Shown here piece by piece: positions 19,439 to 27,644 of a DNA stretch of 27,644 bases. Under the pieces are notes generated by a model. The model saw only the letters and a list, made by a program, of their open reading frames with translations, did not search any database and was not told the origin of the DNA. This DNA comes from a virus (taxonomy: Duplodnaviria; Caudoviricetes): IMG/VR virus record IMGVR_UViG_3300017740_000057, positions 1-27,644 of that record. The stretch is one strand, 5' to 3'. The first letter of the stretch is position 1, and each line of letters opens with the position of its first letter. The position numbers and the translations under genes were made by a program.

Positions 19439-20871
19439 TGGCTGAACAAAAAGATAATAATGAATTTGCTAATAATCTTTTACAATTAGCAACAGTTGCA
19501 AGCATAGCTGTACCCAGTGTAAGATTAGCTAGTAGAGCTGTTTTATTTGGTGGGGGAAGAGCTAGAAATTTGTTTGTATCAAGTATGAATAACTTTCTTC
19601 AGGGTTTTTATGGTAAAGGAGTAGGTGGTGTTGGTAAGGCATTTTTAGCAAGTAAAGAGGGCATTAAAGGCACTGCAAGAATGGCTCAACAATCATTAAG
19701 TCCATCGCAATCATTTGCATATAGAAAAACAGGAATATCTAAAGTTAGTAAGGATATATACGACCAGTCTAAAGTCGTAAAAAAAGAAGCTATAGATATG
19801 TTTAAAAGAGATGAAATAAGTTATAATAAAGCCAGAAGTTTAATAAAAAATGCTGATAAAAAAGTATTTGCTAAACTTACTAATGATTATAGAAATACAT
19901 ATATGTATACAGGTAAAACACCATACAGAGGAATAAATAGATTTATTAATAGAGAAGGTGGAACTGCTAAAGGCGTATTAGTAGATATGAAGAATAAGTA
20001 TAATGTACTTGATGATTTTGATGGACAAGATTTAAAAATGCTTGGTATAGGATTTCAAAAAACTCCTACTTTATATAATCAATTTGCAGTATATAAAAAT
20101 GTACCACATAGTGATGTATTAAGAATGATACAATTTGATAGAAGAGTATATAATGGATTGCAAAGATTAGATAATATAAAAATACCTCAAGATAGGGATT
20201 ATAAAGCTGTAAAAGCTATATTTAGTGATTTTAATACATCAAAAATTGGTGATGATATTTATATATCTATGTCTCCTAAGGGTAAGCCTAATTATGATTG
20301 GGGCGGTTATAAAGGGTTAATTAAGTTTAATCCTAAAAAAGACCCAACTAAAATAAAAATGTTAGCAAGTGACAGGCCTGATTTATTTGGTTTGTCTGCA
20401 GAAACAAAAGGTAGAAGTACACTTAATATAACTAAAGCTAGAGAAATAAGTATACCTAAAGCTAAAAAAAATATACAAGAGCTATACGATGAAGCAGATG
20501 ATTTATTAAAAGAATCTTTGCAAGGTTCTGATAATACAGATGCATATGCAGAAATCATGGCTAGAAAAGCACAAAGAAAAGCTATTAAAGATAGTGGTTT
20601 TGCTGTACCAACACCTAAGCAATTAGACCCTACAAAAGCAGAGCAAGTAAAAATACTATCTAATTATAGTCCTTTAGCTAAAACAGATAGAGTAAATATT
20701 AACAAGTTATATAAAGAACATAACAATTTAGTTAATAATGCTAAAAATCAAAAAGGTTTTGCACAATATAATAATTACTTTATGAGAAACAGAGTACAAG
20801 CAGGAGCAGGTATGGCAGGATTAGCAGGTTCAGGTTTACTTAGTTATAGTTATTTAAACGACAATGAATAA
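19438..20871 (+). CDS. Hypothetical basic protein, possibly virion-internal
   Basis: 477 aa, TAATG-coupled to the giant gene; hydrophobic Gly/Ala segments at both ends; no motif recognised. Confidence 0.7.
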   Translation: MAEQKDNNEFANNLLQLATVASIAVPSVRLASRAVLFGGGRARNLFVSSMNNFLQGFYGKGVGGVGKAFLASKEGIKGTARMAQQSLSPSQSFAYRKTGISKVSKDIYDQSKVVKKEAIDMFKRDEISYNKARSLIKNADKKVFAKLTNDYRNTYMYTGKTPYRGINRFINREGGTAKGVLVDMKNKYNVLDDFDGQDLKMLGIGFQKTPTLYNQFAVYKNVPHSDVLRMIQFDRRVYNGLQRLDNIKIPQDRDYKAVKAIFSDFNTSKIGDDIYISMSPKGKPNYDWGGYKGLIKFNPKKDPTKIKMLASDRPDLFGLSAETKGRSTLNITKAREISIPKAKKNIQELYDEADDLLKESLQGSDNTDAYAEIMARKAQRKAIKDSGFAVPTPKQLDPTKAEQVKILSNYSPLAKTDRVNINKLYKEHNNLVNNAKNQKGFAQYNNYFMRNRVQAGAGMAGLAGSGLLSYSYLNDNE

Positions 20872-20917
20872 ATAAAAACTTTTTTTAAAAATCTGATGGC
20901 TGTACTATGAGATTTTT

Positions 20918-20957
20918 TTAAAAGTGAAAGGGGGATAGAGAGCTATAATCCCCCCTT
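20918..20957 (-). terminator. Rho-independent terminator at the convergence point (possibly bidirectional)
   Basis: GGGGGAT...ATCCCCC stem (20930-20954), followed on the minus strand by TTTCACTTTT; lies between convergent gene blocks. Confidence 0.75.
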
Positions 20958-20971
20958 AAGTGACTACGGAG

Positions 20972-21166
20972 TTAAACGATAATAGGTCTTACGCATTTAT
21001 CGTAATATTCACAACCCTTATCTACGAAACATTCTTTGTTTTCATAGTCAGAGTTAATCATTTGACCTATTTGATTGCCACTTTCACTTTTAACAAACAA
21101 AACCCCACTGCATTTACCTCTATTATAATTGGCACAATGCAGTAAGGCTAAGTTTTTTTTACTCAC
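20972..21166 (-). CDS. Small Cys-containing hypothetical protein
   Basis: 64 aa with HCANY...C...C...GCEYY..CV; overlaps the upstream gene. Confidence 0.7.
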   Translation of the reverse strand: MSKKNLALLHCANYNRGKCSGVLFVKSESGNQIGQMINSDYENKECFVDKGCEYYDKCVRPIIV

Positions 21167-21371
21167 AATTAACTCCCGGTTGACAAAAACCGTTAGTTAC
21201 TTCGTGTATATCTTTATCTAATTGCTCTTGCTTCATATCTTCTAACTTATTTATAGTATTATCAATAAACAAGAATAAATCACTTTTATCCATTCCTGTG
21301 TTTTTTAAAGATTTAAGAAGTACATTAAGCTCACTAAGATTAAGTTTAATTGTAGCATTTGGTTGGCTCAT
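21159..21371 (-). CDS. Hypothetical protein
   Basis: 70 aa ORF with overlapping start/stop coupling. Confidence 0.7.
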   Translation of the reverse strand: MSQPNATIKLNLSELNVLLKSLKNTGMDKSDLFLFIDNTINKLEDMKQEQLDKDIHEVTNGFCQPGVNCE

Positions 21372-21703
21372 GCTTGAGCACCAATCTTTTTTATAAATGA
21401 TTCATACTCTTTAATGTAAGCATTTGCAGTTGCAATAATCCTTGATGCTTCTTTTCTCGAAGGAGAGTTTCTTAGATAACTAACTCTTTTGGCTTTTATT
21501 TCGTCTACAATTACTTTTTGCAATATCTCACACATTCTTTTATAACCAGCTGAACCAAGTTCTAATTGGCCGTTAGATATCATAATTAAATAGAACTTTA
21601 ATAGTTCTGTATTGCTTACTTTTTTCATTGTGTATCTTGTATCATAATTCCATCCTCTTTGTTTTGTTTGAAGATTAATTGGGTTTTGTGTTTTTACTTT
21701 CAT
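21368..21703 (-). CDS. Hypothetical protein
   Basis: 111 aa ORF, coupled at both ends. Confidence 0.7.
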   Translation of the reverse strand: MKVKTQNPINLQTKQRGWNYDTRYTMKKVSNTELLKFYLIMISNGQLELGSAGYKRMCEILQKVIVDEIKAKRVSYLRNSPSRKEASRIIATANAYIKEYESFIKKIGAQA

Positions 21704-22137
21704 TAATATCTGCCTCCTTTGGCTAGTTTACGCATTACATAGCTACTTAATTCTTCAGGTAATTCCATTACTAAATGAACTAGTAAGCTGAAATCATCTT
21801 CATTAAGTGGCCCTTTTCTTGTGTTGCATGTTTTACATATTAGTTGCAGGTTTTCAATTAAACTATCTCCTCCTTTAACTAATGGTATTATATGGTCACA
21901 AGCTATGTTTCTATAATTAAGCTTTTTAGGGCAGTATTTACAACTATTGCCATAAATACCTAGAAACATTTTTTTTATATCAATTAGCTCTATATCAAAC
22001 TTAGTGCCTGATTCTATTGCTCTTCTTTTTAAACTAGACTTTAATGCACTTATCTTACGCAATAGCTTTTTATAAGCCTTTTGCCAATGGGTACCATGTA
22101 CAGGTACTAGTACTTTTTTAAAGTCTTGTTTATTCAT
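21703..22137 (-). CDS. HNH endonuclease (zinc-binding type)
   Basis: CKYC...DHIIPLVKGG....NLQLICKTCNTRK. Confidence 0.9.
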   Translation of the reverse strand: MNKQDFKKVLVPVHGTHWQKAYKKLLRKISALKSSLKRRAIESGTKFDIELIDIKKMFLGIYGNSCKYCPKKLNYRNIACDHIIPLVKGGDSLIENLQLICKTCNTRKGPLNEDDFSLLVHLVMELPEELSSYVMRKLAKGGRY

Positions 22138-22676
22138 TACTCTCTTTCGTAATTACTTAATTTGTCACAGGGTATATCTATATATAACTTATTGTTATCA
22201 TTATATCTTCCCCACTCACCATTATGTAAATTATCCCATATTAACTCTAAATTCAATAAGTAATTCTTATCATATTTAGTGGAGTATATAAATATTAATA
22301 CAGGAGCTATACCGTTCCATAAATTATATTGATGTAAATCATCTATTTTAAACTTAACTGAATCTCTACATCCTTTTATTTCTAAAAAATGAAAGGTATC
22401 TTTAACATATACAAACATATCAGGCATACACCTAAGAAAATCTGGCATTTTAAACCATATAGTAGAAGGTATTCTATCCTCTTTACTATCAAATCCTATA
22501 TTTTTATAAGGTATTTCTTTTTTATCTAGATATTTTTCTGCTTTTATTTGGGCTATATCTATTCTGTTTGTATTTCTTAATTCGAAGTCACCATCACTAT
22601 CTATAGTTCCATCAAATTGTTTTATTAATAATCTTGCACTTTTATCAAGGTCTTTTAAATCTTTAAGGTTTGACAT
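22137..22676 (-). CDS. PD-(D/E)xK nuclease-fold protein
   Basis: MPDMFV...FLEIKG catalytic pattern; SD GGAGG upstream. Confidence 0.75.
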   Translation of the reverse strand: MSNLKDLKDLDKSARLLIKQFDGTIDSDGDFELRNTNRIDIAQIKAEKYLDKKEIPYKNIGFDSKEDRIPSTIWFKMPDFLRCMPDMFVYVKDTFHFLEIKGCRDSVKFKIDDLHQYNLWNGIAPVLIFIYSTKYDKNYLLNLELIWDNLHNGEWGRYNDNNKLYIDIPCDKLSNYERE

Positions 22677-22693
22677 TCTTCCTCCAAAAGAAT

Positions 22694-22743
22694 GGGGACT
22701 CCTATGCGTGTAGGCATTGGTATGTGGAGAAGTCGGAGCCCCC
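22694..22743 (-). promoter_or_regulatory. GC-rich intergenic stem-loop just upstream of the nuclease gene SD
   Basis: Minus strand GGGGGCTCC...GGAGTCCCC stem (one GU pair) enclosing CTTCTCC and CCTA..TAGG. Confidence 0.5.
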
Positions 22744-22755
22744 GAGTTTAGTTAT

Positions 22756-22920
22756 TTATAGTTCATCTGGTAATTTAACATCTTCGCACTTTTCACAAAA
22801 AGTACCAAGCTCTGATTCATCAGACTTACTATTCCCATATTCTTCCCAAATTAAAGAATCACTCCAGCACTCTGTGCATTTGTAATCAACTTGGTCTCCA
22901 CCTATAGGTAAACTATGCAT
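22756..22920 (-). CDS. Small acidic zinc-ribbon protein, 54 aa
   Basis: MHSLPIGGDQVDYKCTECWSDSLIWEEYGNSKSDESELGTFCEKCEDVKLPDEL*; overlaps the upstream stop. Not in the ORF track. Confidence 0.7.
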   Translation of the reverse strand: MHSLPIGGDQVDYKCTECWSDSLIWEEYGNSKSDESELGTFCEKCEDVKLPDEL

Positions 22921-23110
22921 TTTTTTTAGGTCTGCCTCTTTTTTTAGGTTTACTAAGACTTTCTATAATTAACTGCATTTCATTAATTATATGCGATAAT
23001 TTATCTATTTTTACTTTATTTTCCCATGTAAAAGAACTTAATTGCCTAAGTCTATTCCATATAGAACTTTTGGTATTTTTTTTCTTAAATGGGTTATATA
23101 GTAATCTCAT
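22913..23110 (-). CDS. Small basic protein with a C-terminal AT-hook-like motif
   Basis: KPKKRGRPKK; the ATG at 23110 forms an ATGA overlap with the upstream gene (track start 23149). Confidence 0.65.
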   Translation of the reverse strand: MRLLYNPFKKKNTKSSIWNRLRQLSSFTWENKVKIDKLSHIINEMQLIIESLSKPKKRGRPKKNA

Positions 23111-23304
23111 ATTTGAACTCCCAGTTCTAGGTTTGTTGTTATTATCCAAAATCTAAACTGAACTAATATATAGTTTGTTTCTTTGTTTGAGTTATAACTG
23201 GCAGGGGCATTGTATAATATAGCTCCTATACTAAAAAAGTATAAGAAATCTATAAGAAACCCTGCCTCTGTCCAGTTAAGGTCTATTAAATACTTTCGTA
23301 TCAA
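23107..23304 (-). CDS. Hypothetical protein
   Basis: 65 aa ORF, ATGA-coupled at both ends. Confidence 0.6.
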   Translation of the reverse strand: MIRKYLIDLNWTEAGFLIDFLYFFSIGAILYNAPASYNSNKETNYILVQFRFWIITTNLELGVQI

Positions 23305-23873
23305 GACCGTTTTACTCTTTTGACTTTGGTTATACTTAAGCCGTCAGGTAATTCTGTATTTTCTCTATGAAGTTGCATACATACCTTTCTTGCTTTAGCT
23401 TTGTCTATTGTTTGAGTTATCTTGGTTTTTATAAAGTCATTAGGAACTTTATTTTGGTCTGTAACTATCACACTTCCGTATGTTTCGTATAGTTTATACC
23501 TAGCTGTATCAGTTTCTAGTACTCCATTATTGTCACCAAGTTCTTCAATTAACATAGGTAAGAGTATTTTATTTAAGTAGTCATTAGTAGCTGTTAAGGC
23601 TTTTTGTCTAGTCCTTAATCTTTCTATTTCATCTTTATGAGCTTCTATTTCCGCACTTAATAAATAATCTCTTTGCGTTATGTTTTGTGAAAAATAGTCA
23701 ATACCTTTGACTTTATCTTTCATTTTTGTTTGTAAAGAATCACGCTTTAGTTCTAGTTTTGTACATTGTTCTTTATCATCAGCATCAACTATTGATAGCT
23801 CCATGATAACATCCATATACTCTCCAACTATTTCTTTAGCTGTTTCTTTTTTTTTGTAGATTACATCATTCAT
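23301..23873 (-). CDS. Siphovirus Gp157/Gam-like coiled-coil protein
   Basis: Long coiled coil (EIEAHKDEIERLRTRQKAL) and C-terminal VPNDF......IDK..A.......LPDG pattern; located next to recombination genes. Confidence 0.7.
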   Translation of the reverse strand: MNDVIYKKKETAKEIVGEYMDVIMELSIVDADDKEQCTKLELKRDSLQTKMKDKVKGIDYFSQNITQRDYLLSAEIEAHKDEIERLRTRQKALTATNDYLNKILLPMLIEELGDNNGVLETDTARYKLYETYGSVIVTDQNKVPNDFIKTKITQTIDKAKARKVCMQLHRENTELPDGLSITKVKRVKRS

Positions 23874-25665
23874 AATCTCTCCTTAGTCTAAATGAAGGTC
23901 TCCATCTTAGTGGAATATCACTAAAAAGTTCACCATCACTGTTTTTAAATAAGGATAGGTACTTAATAGGGTCTTTTGCTTGACCATTTATACCTATTAC
24001 CTTACGAGATGCATTTTCTATTGCACCACTACCCTTACCTGCGTAAAGGTCTAAGACATCATTTTTACTATATTCTCTAGCTACTTGTGATAGCTGTATA
24101 ATAATAATGTCGTTATTAACTGCCATATTACTAAGTGAGTGACTAATATACCTAATAGCTTCGTACTCTCCACGCTTTGTAGGGCCCGGGTCTATTAAGT
24201 CTATATAGTCTACTACAACAACCTGAGGGTCTAGTTCTCTTATTTTTGTTTGAATACTATCTAAGGTTGGTTGAACAGTTTGTATAACAACATGGTCTAG
24301 TAAGTCTTTATGGTCTTCTGCTATTTTAGAAACATCTCCTTCGACTTGTTGTTTATCTACATCAGCAACTATTTGAATATGTCTTTTATGCATATACCAA
24401 TCACTCAATTCTAAACTTAAATACAAAGTATTTAGTTGTGAATCTTGGTCTATTCTGTCTTGAGCAGAATTATACCCTAAGATAATGTTTTGAGCAACAG
24501 TAGTTTTACCTGCGCCAGTAGGCCCAAATATAGTAACTAACTCACCGGGATAGATTGTACAATCAACATTTGGTAGACCAAATATTTTTGATAAATCTAT
24601 TGTTTTTCCACTAAAGTCAGTTGACATTCTTTCTTCTAGTCTCTTTTGTAGTTGTTGAAAGTCTTTAACTTCTATGTCATAGTCTTTCTTTTTGTAATGT
24701 ATACAATGCGTTTTACATCTAGCTTTCATTTCAACATCTTGACAGCCATATTGATACCCGTTATTGTATACACTTTCTACTTTTTCTAATACAATTTCTT
24801 CACGAAGTTGATTATTGTTCCAGTGTAATAGGGATGCTTTTGTAGCATCAGAGGGTATACCATTTCGTCTAAAATGCGAAGCCATACGCAATATAACATT
24901 GTTTCTATTACCTTCATTAGGGCCTTCAGCAAACATTTGTTGCACACAAGGTGCAACTTTTGTAGGCTCTTGTACAGCTTTAAAAGAACGAACAGTTTCT
25001 ACACTAGTCTTTACTTTACCTTCTAAACTGCCATCACCCCAAAGAGTTTCTTCCCAGTCTATATCTGAAGGTTTTGATGCGAGTTTTCTTATTTTATCAA
25101 AGGTTAATTGCATAAAACCTTGTGTCGATAGTTTTGTTTTAAACAAGTTTGATTTAGCATTTTTAGTAGCTTGTTCTCTATATATAGAAGTCCTCATATA
25201 CACAGCAGGGTCTATATTAACTGTAGTAAATAGCTGTGTCATTGTTTGTTTTACTATATAAGGTAACTGTTCACTTGGTGTAAAGTCAAAACAATCAGCA
25301 GAAACTAATATATGGTAACCTGTACCACTATAAAAGATACTATAATTACCATCTTTTAGTCCCATTGAATTAAGTTCGTTTACTGCAAGTTTAGCTTTTT
25401 CTAATACTCTATCGTCACTATCATCTTTACGGTCAATATCAATAAGTATATTATCAACATACCTTTTACCCGTGTAGTCTTTTAGTGATTTGTTATCTTG
25501 TACAAATAGATAAGCATCTTTATCATATAGATAATGAGACCTGTATATGGGTATGTATTGTCCCCGCTCTAAAAACTCGGACATGTTTTTTTCGTATTTA
25601 CCTAAAGGCATAAGAAGCCCCCTTTGGTGGGGGCTCCCTATAGCTACTTCAACATAAAGCTCCAT
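23866..25665 (-). CDS. Primase-helicase: AEP primase + Cys-containing PriCT/PriL-like domain + SF4 (DnaB-like) helicase
   Basis: AEP motifs LIDID and YSGTGYH; EGNRN (PriCT-like); Walker A GPTGAGKT, LSLE, Walker B VVVDYID, LSQ.R. Confidence 0.88.
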   Translation of the reverse strand: MELYVEVAIGSPHQRGLLMPLGKYEKNMSEFLERGQYIPIYRSHYLYDKDAYLFVQDNKSLKDYTGKRYVDNILIDIDRKDDSDDRVLEKAKLAVNELNSMGLKDGNYSIFYSGTGYHILVSADCFDFTPSEQLPYIVKQTMTQLFTTVNIDPAVYMRTSIYREQATKNAKSNLFKTKLSTQGFMQLTFDKIRKLASKPSDIDWEETLWGDGSLEGKVKTSVETVRSFKAVQEPTKVAPCVQQMFAEGPNEGNRNNVILRMASHFRRNGIPSDATKASLLHWNNNQLREEIVLEKVESVYNNGYQYGCQDVEMKARCKTHCIHYKKKDYDIEVKDFQQLQKRLEERMSTDFSGKTIDLSKIFGLPNVDCTIYPGELVTIFGPTGAGKTTVAQNIILGYNSAQDRIDQDSQLNTLYLSLELSDWYMHKRHIQIVADVDKQQVEGDVSKIAEDHKDLLDHVVIQTVQPTLDSIQTKIRELDPQVVVVDYIDLIDPGPTKRGEYEAIRYISHSLSNMAVNNDIIIIQLSQVAREYSKNDVLDLYAGKGSGAIENASRKVIGINGQAKDPIKYLSLFKNSDGELFSDIPLRWRPSFRLRRDYE

Positions 25666-26276
25666 TAAAATGGCATGTCGCTTTGAGGTTGAGTTGGTGC
25701 GGAAGGGGTGTCATTTTCAGACGCTTCCTTTAGATAGCCTTTTTGCTTCATGTAGGTTACATAACTTTCTAAGTCACTTCTACCTGCATTATCATTATCG
25801 ACTATTTTACCCAACACCCTTTTATATGTTTTATCACCTTGTTTCTTTGGTGCTTCTCTATAAACATATATTAGGTAGTTATGAGGCGGTTCTAGCAAAG
25901 GATTATCACTACCGTTCATTTCTGAAATATAGCTGTTTAAAGTAGACTCTATACTGTCTATCTTTTCACCATTAGCCATTTCCCAGTCTCCTTCAGTATT
26001 GATTCCACCTTCGAAACCAATAGCATCTTTTAAATAGTTAAACTGCCTAACTACTCTATTGATGCTTACTGTTCCGTCAGGATTCTTTTCATAAGAACCT
26101 TTGATAGAATGAACTTGTGGGTATTTACTGTTTTTTATTTTAAAGTGTACATCAAGCCAACAATCAGCCCAGTCATATTGACCGCTCTTATCTTCGACTT
26201 TTTCTATACCAGCTTCAAAATAACCAGTAAAATCACTATTCATTTTTGTATTACTACTTGATTGTAATAACGCCAT
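25665..26276 (-). CDS. Putative single-stranded DNA-binding protein
   Basis: Beta-rich core, flexible tail ending SDMPF (SSB-type C-terminus); lies between the Sak4-like ATPase and the primase-helicase. Confidence 0.6.
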   Translation of the reverse strand: MALLQSSSNTKMNSDFTGYFEAGIEKVEDKSGQYDWADCWLDVHFKIKNSKYPQVHSIKGSYEKNPDGTVSINRVVRQFNYLKDAIGFEGGINTEGDWEMANGEKIDSIESTLNSYISEMNGSDNPLLEPPHNYLIYVYREAPKKQGDKTYKRVLGKIVDNDNAGRSDLESYVTYMKQKGYLKEASENDTPSAPTQPQSDMPF

Positions 26277-27115
26277 TAGCTTTCTCCTTCATCTTCTTTG
26301 TATTCGGTTATTGCCTTATTTACATCAGTATATGTAAAAGGCAGAACAAGCCCATTTAATGGCTTAAGTCTAGAGCCAACTGTTCTTTCGTCATAAGCTT
26401 GAAAAGATACTTTTGGTATCAATTCATCTTTAACTACGGTTGAGTATCCTATTACATCGGCTTTAGCACATAGCGCATATCCAAGACCTCTTGGTAATTC
26501 AGGACTTAATTGCACTTTGCCATCATTCATTTGGGATTGTTTACTATGGGAAGTGAGTATTAAGTTAGAACCATGTGCTTTCATTAGAGTTTGTAATCTC
26601 TTAACTATATCCACATTTTTCTTTCTTGCTTTACCCCAATCAGCTCCCCATTCTCCTTGACCCATTGCACTTATACCTAACTCTTCGCATACAGCTTCCT
26701 GTATCCATTCGTTAATAGTATCTATTGTGTCTATTACCAAGCTTTCATAGCCTAGAGATTTCCAATTATCTTTTATCCAAGTATATACCTCAAATAAAGA
26801 ATAAACCTCCATTGGTTCGCCTCTTTTAGGGCCAACTCTATGGTAAAATCCTCTTTCAAGAGGGGGTATCATTTTTCTATCATCCCCTTCTCCTGTAAAA
26901 GGTGGGTTAAGTGATGTAACTGTTACAACATTAGCACCGTCAACAAAGTCTGCACCAAGGTCAGTATCTATCATTAAGACACCTTTAGCACCTTTTGCAG
27001 ACCAGTTAGCGGCCGCTGTGGTTTTACCTGTTTTGGGCTGACCTATAAAATACCAAGTCAGCCCCGCAGGTTGTTCGTTCCAATTAGTTGTAACTGTACG
27101 AGTTTGTATTTGCAT
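26276..27115 (-). CDS. AAA_24/Sak4-like ATPase (ssDNA annealing recombinase)
   Basis: Walker A GQPKTGKTT, IDTD.G, Walker B LVIDTID, LILTSH, ADVIGY. SD GAGGAG spacing favours ATG 27115 over 27121. Confidence 0.85.
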   Translation of the reverse strand: MQIQTRTVTTNWNEQPAGLTWYFIGQPKTGKTTAAANWSAKGAKGVLMIDTDLGADFVDGANVVTVTSLNPPFTGEGDDRKMIPPLERGFYHRVGPKRGEPMEVYSLFEVYTWIKDNWKSLGYESLVIDTIDTINEWIQEAVCEELGISAMGQGEWGADWGKARKKNVDIVKRLQTLMKAHGSNLILTSHSKQSQMNDGKVQLSPELPRGLGYALCAKADVIGYSTVVKDELIPKVSFQAYDERTVGSRLKPLNGLVLPFTYTDVNKAITEYKEDEGES

Positions 27116-27644
27116 ACGCATTCTCCTCAGTTATATTGTTTGTGTTATTTACTTCTCCACTATTGAAGTCTTCTGTCTTTATTACTAAAGGCGAAAGACC
27201 TTGCCAAATATAGCCATAAAAAGGTCTCCCTGTCAAGTAATTAAACAGTTGATTTACACCAATACCACTAATTAGGTTTGCACAGAATATTGTATGTTTC
27301 ATAGTGCAGGGAGCTTCTTGTCCACTCTCTCCATTAGGAAACCAGTAATCTTGATATTTATCAAGTCCTTGTGTTGCTGTTATACAGCTCATAGAAAGTG
27401 CATCCATCCTGAGGTCTATAAACACTTCTCTATCTTCTCTTTCAAGCCACTTGTTATATACTATCTTTCTACTGCTCATACTATCTGTACAAACTATTGT
27501 TTTAGGAGAAAGTACCTGACCCTCTCCTGTAAACAAAGTTTGTTGCATATCTATTTCAACATTACTACCTCCGTAGCTTTTAATAATTTTTTCAGCCATT
27601 GATGCTTTAGAATTATCAACCTCATTATACCATATTTCTGGATA
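27084..27644 (-). CDS. ThiF/E1-like adenylyltransferase family protein, 5'-truncated
   Basis: The frame is open to the window edge (YPEIWYNEVDNSKASMAEKII...). Motifs IVCTDSMSSRK, FIDLRM, APCT..HTIFCANLISG. The nucleotide-binding GxGxxG lies outside the window. Confidence 0.75.
   Translation of the reverse strand, partial: YPEIWYNEVDNSKASMAEKIIKSYGGSNVEIDMQQTLFTGEGQVLSPKTIVCTDSMSSRKIVYNKWLEREDREVFIDLRMDALSMSCITATQGLDKYQDYWFPNGESGQEAPCTMKHTIFCANLISGIGVNQLFNYLTGRPFYGYIWQGLSPLVIKTEDFNSGEVNNTNNITEENAYANTNSYSYN

Noticed and set aside
20879-20924. AT-rich inverted repeat (AAAAATCT...AGATTTTT) after the last + strand gene
   Set aside because: Weak, low-complexity pairing that could arise by chance in AT-rich DNA; the adjacent GC hairpin explains termination.
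21703-22137. HNH gene as part of an intron or mobile element
   Set aside because: It is free-standing and TAATG-coupled to both neighbours, with no interrupted gene.
20960-27602. Plus-strand ORFs within the - block (20960-21145, 22670-22885, 24815-25261, 25670-25945, 27294-27602)
   Set aside because: Antisense to motif-bearing genes; 22670-22885 is the shadow of the real 54 aa zinc-ribbon gene.
1-27644. CRISPR array, tRNA genes, stop-codon reassignment, DGR repeats
   Set aside because: No repeat-spacer pattern, cloverleaf or reverse transcriptase seen; standard code 11 gives near-complete coding density.

Overview
AT-rich fragment of a tailed dsDNA bacteriophage genome, probably podovirus-like, with two convergent gene blocks. 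The + strand (1-20871) is a tightly coupled late/structural block. It carries the end of a LamG-domain protein, a type IV pilin-like gene, small membrane and Lys-rich proteins, a metallophosphoesterase, a split tail nozzle/stabilisation-type protein and a run of putative ejection proteins. The largest of these (2994 aa) contains the catalytic DxDGD motif and accessory motifs of a single-chain double-psi beta-barrel RNA polymerase, so it is a candidate virion-packaged RNAP of the phi14:2/crAss type. The - strand (20972-27644) is an early/replication block: ThiF/E1-like enzyme (truncated), Sak4-like ATPase, SSB-like protein, AEP primase-SF4 helicase, Gp157-like protein, PD-(D/E)xK and HNH nucleases, and small Zn-finger proteins. 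The blocks meet at a terminator hairpin near 20930. All calls come from motif reading only; no database searches were run.
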